Of a stretch of 64,000 bases of DNA, positions 58,365 through 64,000 are shown piece by piece. Origin of the DNA: a virus; the IMG/VR virus record IMGVR_UViG_3300044475_000063, positions 34,392 to 98,391 of that record; one strand, written 5' to 3'. Each line of letters starts with the position of its first letter. Positions within the stretch are counted from its first letter, which is position 1. The notes under the pieces were generated by a model. The model searched no databases and had not been told where the DNA came from. It saw nothing but the letters and a program-made list of their open reading frames with translations. Both the position numbers and the translations under genes were made by a program.

Positions 58365-59794
58365 GCGCTATTGAGATTTTCCCGGCGTATGAGGAATATC
58401 TGCAGCCGGCTCGCTTCAAGGTTGCATACGGCGGGCGCGGATCGGCTAAAACGCGCACATTCGTAACCATTCTTCTAAGCAACGTCCTGCATTTTGGCTG
58501 GCGAGTTGTTGCTTTTAGGGAGTTAATGGAAAGCATCGAGGACTCAGTTTATCAAGAAGTGGTTGCAGAGATTACGCGCCGCGAGTGGGATAAATGGTTT
58601 GACGTGCTTAAGACAGAGATTCGCTGTCCTGTCAGCGGTGGTGTATTCAAGTTCTCAGGCATTAAATCGAGCGCTAAGCGCCTCAACAGCCAAAAGCTTA
58701 AGGGTTTCTCAGACTTTGATGCCGCATGGCTGGAGGAGGCCAATCCTGTGTCTGTCGAGTCATGGAATGCGCTCATTCCTACCATGCGTAAGCCGGGTTC
58801 AGAAATTTTCGTATCCTTTAACCCGGAAAACCCACTTGAGGAAACCTATAAGCGGTTTGTGACTGAGCGCAAATACCCTGATTACTTGGGTGGAAAGCGC
58901 TATTGCATAGTCAAAAAGCTGAATTACGATGCAAACCCGCGATTCCCTCAAGAGTTGCGCGACGACATGGAGTTAATGAAGGCGACGGACTTTGAAATGT
59001 ACCGTCACGTCTATTTGGGTGAGCCTGTGAGCAATTCTGACTTGTCGATCATCAAGCCGATATGGATTGAAGCGGCAATGGATGCGCACCTGCACATTGC
59101 GGACTTCCCTATGGGAGGCGGCAAGATCGGCGGATTTGACGTATCTGGAGGCGTTGAGGGGGATATTGCAACACCCAAGGCAAACGATCCAAACGCCTTT
59201 GCATGGCGTCATGGCTGCATCCTGCAATCGCTTGAGGAATGGCATGACGAAGACCCTAATCGCGCCGCTGCGACGTGTTATGAGCATGCATATCGCTCTC
59301 AAGTGGACACGCTCAATATTGACGATATTGGCGTTGGTGCCTCTGTTCCTGGCGAACTAAGGCGCTTGCAGGGCGAAGCCTATGCAAAGAGCGTTAAGAT
59401 CAAGCAGATCAATTTCCACGGCTGGACAGCATCCGAAGGACCGCAAGACCCTGATGCAGAGTACATGCCGGGTAAAACGAACTTTGATATGTTCGCCAAC
59501 CTCAAGGCGCAGGGATGGGGAACGCTGGCAGATCGCTTTAGGGCAACTTGGCAAGCGCGTAACGGTCTGCCATACGACAAAGACAAGCTAATCAGCCTGC
59601 CTAGTGGTTTGTCTCTTGTTGACAAGCTTAAGGCAGAACTAGCCCAGCCGCGACGCGAGATTATCAATGGACGATTCAAGGTAGAAGGCAAGAAAAAGCT
59701 CAAAGAGCGCGGCATCCCATCGCACAACTTGGCCGATGCGGTTGTTATGGCATTTGCGCCGGGTGATAGCTTTGATCTATCAGCACTGATATGA
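58361..59794 (+). CDS. terL: terminase large subunit (different family from the unit-1 TerL)
   Basis: Walker A is YGGRGSAKT and Walker B-like is DAAWLEEA. Lies directly upstream of the portal gene. Confidence 0.85.
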   Translation: MSAIEIFPAYEEYLQPARFKVAYGGRGSAKTRTFVTILLSNVLHFGWRVVAFRELMESIEDSVYQEVVAEITRREWDKWFDVLKTEIRCPVSGGVFKFSGIKSSAKRLNSQKLKGFSDFDAAWLEEANPVSVESWNALIPTMRKPGSEIFVSFNPENPLEETYKRFVTERKYPDYLGGKRYCIVKKLNYDANPRFPQELRDDMELMKATDFEMYRHVYLGEPVSNSDLSIIKPIWIEAAMDAHLHIADFPMGGGKIGGFDVSGGVEGDIATPKANDPNAFAWRHGCILQSLEEWHDEDPNRAAATCYEHAYRSQVDTLNIDDIGVGASVPGELRRLQGEAYAKSVKIKQINFHGWTASEGPQDPDAEYMPGKTNFDMFANLKAQGWGTLADRFRATWQARNGLPYDKDKLISLPSGLSLVDKLKAELAQPRREIINGRFKVEGKKKLKERGIPSHNLADAVVMAFAPGDSFDLSALI

Positions 59795-59842
59795 TTAATT
59801 AAATAGGATATATAATTGATTTATTGAATATCGGGATTAATC

Positions 59843-61201
59843 ATGGCACGAACTAAAGGCGCACTCGGCAAAAAGACATTGGAGCGAATGCAGCAAGGCG
59901 GAGGTGTAACTGTAACAGACTCATATGCTGAGGTCTTTACGGGCGCAGGGACAAATCGGGACCGTAGCAGCTACACGCGCATTGCCCGCACCGCCATGCT
60001 GCAACAGATGGAATGCTCTCTGCTGTACTTGGGCGACGGCTTTGCGCGCAAGATTGTGGACGTGCCAGCAGAGGAAATGACGCGCTCCGGGCTTGAGCTT
60101 GAGGATTTGGAGGACGAGGAACTAGAGCAGTTCGTCATGGCGCGGCTTGATGATCTGGACGCCATGCGGCACTTTAATGATGCTGTGGCGTGGTCTAGGC
60201 TGCATGGCGGCGCGGTGATGATCTTCGGCCTGAATGATGGAGGCACGCTTGACGTTCCGCTTAATCCAGATGGAATCAAGAGCGTTGAATTCCTCCGAGT
60301 TTATGACCGCTGGCAAGCGACTATCCAGACCCGCGTGACCGATCCGAGCAGCCCGGACTATGGAAAGCCTGATATTTGGCTCATTTCTCCGCTCGATGGT
60401 GCGCAACCGTACAAAGTGCATAACTCGCGCCTTTGGATGTTTGACGGCGACCGCATTCCCGATTTTGACCGCAATGCTAATCAAGGCTGGGGTGCATCGG
60501 CGCTACAAGCTTGCCAAGATCAGCTTAAGCGCCTCGGAATGGGCCATCAATGGACGCTGGCTATCCTTGAGCGTGCGCAACAGGCTGTGCATAAGATTCC
60601 GAATCTCGCGCAGACATTGCAAGCGCCAGGAGGTGAAGCACTGGTACGCAAGCGCGTTGACGTCGTTGACATGGTGCGTGGCATCCTGAATACCATCGTT
60701 GTAGACGAAAAGGAAGCATACGAAGTCACCACGGCCACGCTAACGGGCTATACGGACGTGCTAGACCGATTTGCGGAGGCACTGGCGGCTGTATCGGGCA
60801 TTCCAGTGTCCATCCTCATGGGGCGCTCGCAGGGAGGCTTAAGCAATACCGAAAAAGGCACCATGGATGCTTGGTACGCTCGTATCGAATCGATGTGGAA
60901 TGACATTCTGCGCAAGCCGCAAGATCGCCTGATTCAGTACATCATGATTGCGCAACAAGGCGAAGCGCCGGACTATAAGCTGTGCATGAAGCCTTTGAGC
61001 GTTCTCAGTGAGCAGGAAGAAGCCGATGTGGAACTGAAAGAGGCGCAAACTTGCAAAGCCCGCGCAGAGGCTGAGAGCATCCGAATTGCTGATGGCGTAC
61101 TCGATCCGCTGGAAGTGCGCGAAACGCTCAAGGATGATTATCCTCTGTTCTCCACGCCACCAGAGCCGCCAGAAGCACCAGAGGTAACTAATGGCATCTA
61201 A
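59843..61201 (+). CDS. portal protein
   Basis: About 90% identical to 9451..10806. Confidence 0.8.
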   Translation: MARTKGALGKKTLERMQQGGGVTVTDSYAEVFTGAGTNRDRSSYTRIARTAMLQQMECSLLYLGDGFARKIVDVPAEEMTRSGLELEDLEDEELEQFVMARLDDLDAMRHFNDAVAWSRLHGGAVMIFGLNDGGTLDVPLNPDGIKSVEFLRVYDRWQATIQTRVTDPSSPDYGKPDIWLISPLDGAQPYKVHNSRLWMFDGDRIPDFDRNANQGWGASALQACQDQLKRLGMGHQWTLAILERAQQAVHKIPNLAQTLQAPGGEALVRKRVDVVDMVRGILNTIVVDEKEAYEVTTATLTGYTDVLDRFAEALAAVSGIPVSILMGRSQGGLSNTEKGTMDAWYARIESMWNDILRKPQDRLIQYIMIAQQGEAPDYKLCMKPLSVLSEQEEADVELKEAQTCKARAEAESIRIADGVLDPLEVRETLKDDYPLFSTPPEPPEAPEVTNGI

Positions 61202-62027
61202 GACCCGCGCTTGGTTGTATCCTCACACAGCCGAGCGCAATTACCAGCGAATGCTAACCGCCTACGTGGACGAGTTCACGAAGGAGGGATTGGCGCATCT
61301 GAAAGAGCTTGAATTGCTGCGCATGGATGGTTGGAGCGATGATCTGACAAATGCTATTCTTTACATTCTGCAAACTGCGCTCACGGCAGGGCAAAGGGTA
61401 ATCGCACGTCTGCCCGAAGTCTACGCGCAGGTCAACCAGTTCAATGACCGACAGTTTCGGCTAGTGGTCAAGGCTGGCACAGGTCTAGAGATTGGGCCTA
61501 GCGGACGATTGCCGCCCGGTTCTGTGCCATTCGGTAACGTATCCGACCCGCGCTTGATTCGAGCACGTTTCGGTGTAGGCGTGGACGTTTATCGCTCCGA
61601 ACCTTGGTTGGCACAAGCGCAAACGAACTGGGTAGCGTCAAACACAGCACTGATTAAGTCGATTCCAGCGCAGCATATGGAGCGTGTAGAGCAGATCATC
61701 AGAAATGGCGTATTGCAAGGCGAATCGCCACGGTCACTTGCGGCTAAGATCGAAGAGGCTGGCGGCGTTACTAAACGACGTGCGCAGCTAATCGCTTCTG
61801 ACCAGATTGGCAAGGCAAATGCTGAACTAACTCAGTATCGGCAAACCGAGCTAGGAATCAAGGAATACGAATGGGTTGATAGCCATGATGAACGGGTCAG
61901 GCCGCTGCATCGTGTCTACAACGGTCAAATTTTCTCTTGGGATAAGCCGCCAGCAGATGGGCATCCGGGTTATGCCGTAAAGTGCAGATGCCGCGCATCG
62001 CCGCGCTTTCCTGACTCCGCCAATTAG
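61191..62027 (+). CDS. head morphogenesis protein (SPP1 gp7 / Mu F family)
   Basis: Signature HDERVRPLH...GHPGYAVKCRCR. Confidence 0.85.
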   Translation: MASKTRAWLYPHTAERNYQRMLTAYVDEFTKEGLAHLKELELLRMDGWSDDLTNAILYILQTALTAGQRVIARLPEVYAQVNQFNDRQFRLVVKAGTGLEIGPSGRLPPGSVPFGNVSDPRLIRARFGVGVDVYRSEPWLAQAQTNWVASNTALIKSIPAQHMERVEQIIRNGVLQGESPRSLAAKIEEAGGVTKRRAQLIASDQIGKANAELTQYRQTELGIKEYEWVDSHDERVRPLHRVYNGQIFSWDKPPADGHPGYAVKCRCRASPRFPDSAN

Positions 62028-62072
62028 GGCATTTCGATAGGCTATGATCGCCTTTGCAGAGTGGGCAGGTCA

Positions 62073-62405
62073 TTATGCCTCCCCAAACAGGGCCGCTACC
62101 AGCGGGTCCCGCTGCACACGTTCAGGGAGCAAATCCCCCTGAGTATTGCGCGGCCTTTTCATCGTATAGAACTGCACGCGCTGGCCTTCGATAAGCTTTT
62201 TCTCGCCTTTGAAGATGCCTTCGGCTTGATAAAGCCCACGGAAAAGGCTTGTCGCCTCCTGAATCGTCAAGCCTAGCTCCTTAGCCGCATGATGGGGGCA
62301 ACTCTCCCCGTCGCGCTCAATGATTTCTTCAACCTCTGCCATCAATTCCAGCCGTGACTTCTTCACAGCCGACTGTAAAAACTTGATCGTGAGCGATTTA
62401 AGCAT
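62073..62405 (-). CDS. hypothetical protein (110 aa)
   Basis: Homolog of 12734..13072. Confidence 0.6.
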   Translation of the reverse strand: MLKSLTIKFLQSAVKKSRLELMAEVEEIIERDGESCPHHAAKELGLTIQEATSLFRGLYQAEGIFKGEKKLIEGQRVQFYTMKRPRNTQGDLLPERVQRDPLVAALFGEA

Positions 62406-62424
62406 TTTTCCTCCTAATGTTGCA

Positions 62425-62874
62425 TCAATCTATCACAATTGGTTCTTCGCTAAGGCCGCGCCACAACGGACGCCACATGTAGTCTTGTCGGTATGAGGCG
62501 TTGAAATCTTTTTGCCTCTGCGTATGCTCTTCAAGAATTGCATATGACCAACCATCACCGTGCCACCAACGCTTATAGGCAGGATCATGAGACGAAAACT
62601 TAACCTCATATTCACCAACAATAGTAGGTTCACCGAGAACAAATTCGGTATATGAAATAGCAGCATTGATTTCATCCGCTACTTCGCGGAAGGATTTAAC
62701 AAGTATCCCCATTCCAGAAGGAAATTCAAGACTATCGAAATAAATGTAGCCTCGGCTGCACGCTGTTAGCAAAGAGAAGGCTCCGCCATTGCGCAGCCCA
62801 TAAAACTTAGCAATCCTCTCAGCGAAGGGAGTTTTACCGTTGGGGGCGCCGTAGACGATCATGGATGGGTTCAT
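62425..62874 (-). CDS. hypothetical protein with a Walker-A-like GAPNGKT
   Basis: The N-terminal half is homologous to 13255..13719. Confidence 0.6.
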   Translation of the reverse strand: MNPSMIVYGAPNGKTPFAERIAKFYGLRNGGAFSLLTACSRGYIYFDSLEFPSGMGILVKSFREVADEINAAISYTEFVLGEPTIVGEYEVKFSSHDPAYKRWWHGDGWSYAILEEHTQRQKDFNASYRQDYMWRPLWRGLSEEPIVID

Positions 62875-63197
62875 TTCTTCTCTCCCGGCAGCACTACGTC
62901 CCCGTCTTGGATTGCGCGGCGGATGGCGATATTTACACCGTCACGAATAACCTTGAGTTGCGATGGAGTAGAATCGTTGATAAATGCATGAGCCAATTCA
63001 TGATCTTCCATCCGCGTCACAGGATAAACAGGATCTTGCTTGATGCGGTATTCGTGATGCTCTTGCCAGTTTAGGCAAGACAACGCGAAATTTGCATCAA
63101 CTAACATCCATTCTTCCGAATTGTTCTTACGGACCTCAATATCTTTTCCGTCCGCCGCAGCCTTAATGACCTCTGCGTGTTTATGTGGTTTGTTCAT
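62871..63197 (-). CDS. hypothetical protein (108 aa)
   Basis: The C-terminus is shared with 14224..14595. Confidence 0.55.
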   Translation of the reverse strand: MNKPHKHAEVIKAAADGKDIEVRKNNSEEWMLVDANFALSCLNWQEHHEYRIKQDPVYPVTRMEDHELAHAFINDSTPSQLKVIRDGVNIAIRRAIQDGDVVLPGEKK

Positions 63198-63301
63198 TTA
63201 ATACTCCAATAAATTATTCAGTAACAACATGATGCCTTAGATGGTTGCGCAATGCTAATAGATTTTTTCTATTGAATTTGGATTGTGATATTATTTGCGC
63301 T

Positions 63302-64000
63302 ATGAACACTGTCCAGCGATACGATTACGCCGAAATTAAGGCCGTCAAGACTGACGAGGGATTCTTGCGCGATACGCCGATTGTGGCGCGTGTTGGCATT
63401 CAAGAATACCGTCAGCCTGATATGTCTATTCGCCGTGAATTGCGTTTGCCAGAAGAGGTTTTCCACGCTGATGCGCTTGCATCGATGAAGGGTAAGCCGA
63501 TCACGATCACTCACCCAAAATCGGGCCGTGTGACTGCCAAGGATGCGCACCGCGTGACTGTTGGCACGATGCTTACTGAGGGAAAGCAGGATGGCGAGAA
63601 TGTACGCACTGAGATTGTGATTCACTCGCCTGACTCTATGGGCAGCGCTCGGCAGCTTTCGCTAGGTTACAAAGCCGATATGGACGAAACGCCGGGTGTT
63701 CACCCTGTGTACGGCCAATACGATGCGATTCAGCGAAATATCCGTGTCAATCATTTATCCGTTGTCCCTGTTGCTCGCGCTGGCGCAATCGCCCGCTTGA
63801 ACTTGGATAGCATGGATCAGGAAGATTTTTCAACCCAGCAGGAGCAACAAACTATGAGCATGGTCAAAGTGAAACTTGACAGCGGCTTAGAGTATGAATG
63901 CGCTCCCGAAGTCTCGGTGGCGCTCGACAAGCTGCGCTCCGATGCTGCGGAAGCTGCAACCAAACTCGCGGCCATTCCAACCCTGACGGCAGAGCGCGAT
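63302..64000 (+). CDS. scaffold / prohead-protease-like protein, 3'-truncated by the window edge
   Basis: Starts MNTVQRYDYAEIKAVKTDEGF. Homolog of 15048..16139. The last ~225 nt are nearly identical to 15521..15745. Confidence 0.7.
   Translation, partial: MNTVQRYDYAEIKAVKTDEGFLRDTPIVARVGIQEYRQPDMSIRRELRLPEEVFHADALASMKGKPITITHPKSGRVTAKDAHRVTVGTMLTEGKQDGENVRTEIVIHSPDSMGSARQLSLGYKADMDETPGVHPVYGQYDAIQRNIRVNHLSVVPVARAGAIARLNLDSMDQEDFSTQQEQQTMSMVKVKLDSGLEYECAPEVSVALDKLRSDAAEAATKLAAIPTLTAERD

Larger units (their letters stand above)
50181..64000. mobile_element. First 13.8 kb of a second, related mosaic phage genome unit (unit 2), head-to-tail with unit 1
   Basis: Collinear homologs of unit-1 genes (wHTH pair, replication proteins, tRNA-Gly, portal, MuF, scaffold) are interspersed with non-homologous replacements (terminase, extra RNAs). 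Confidence 0.8.

Noticed and set aside
1-64000. Retron, DGR or other reverse-transcriptase-linked RNA system to explain the structured RNAs
   Set aside because: No ORF in the window has a reverse-transcriptase-like YxDD motif or suitable size. No template/variable repeat pair was seen.

Overview
The whole window is phage DNA. One complete genome unit of about 50.15 kb (roughly 33..50180) belongs to a contractile-tailed dsDNA phage. It is followed head-to-tail by the first 13.8 kb of a second, related but mosaic unit (50181..64000). Gene order in a unit runs as follows: rightward early genes (HTH regulator, DNA methyltransferase, NinG-like, HNH, winged-helix regulators, Rha/KilAC antirepressor, replication-module proteins); then tRNA gene(s) and a large ORF-free structured-RNA locus; then terminase, portal and MuF; then a reverse-strand accessory cassette; then scaffold, capsid, neck, sheath, tube, chaperone with a -1 frameshift, tape measure, baseplate and fibres; then lysis genes (holin candidates, a DUF5675-like protein, embedded Rz/Rz1); and finally a leftward early operon (Erf, PD-(D/E)XK nuclease, NinB-like, many unknowns). 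I saw no integrase, CI-type repressor, partition gene, CRISPR array, reverse transcriptase or host gene. The most interesting signals are noncoding. (1) A tRNA-flanked, ORF-free ornate RNA locus forms the leader of the terminase operon: 453 nt in unit 1 and about 1.57 kb in unit 2. It has conserved blocks, frame-breaking indels, a pseudoknot supported by a compensatory change, an embedded 229-nt element with tRNA-Ala/tmRNA-type ends, and degenerate tRNA-like elements. (2) A structured RNA module is shared between that leader in unit 2 and a 589-nt ORF-free gap in the leftward early operon of unit 1. Its closing helix is completely rewritten in sequence but still pairs. (3) A unit-1-specific two-gene insertion between terminase and portal encodes a poly(Gly-X) protein (X = Ser/Tyr/Asp) built on a 90-bp repeat. 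(4) A conserved reverse-strand accessory cassette sits inside the head module. Functional calls rest on motifs I can read directly. No database search was run.
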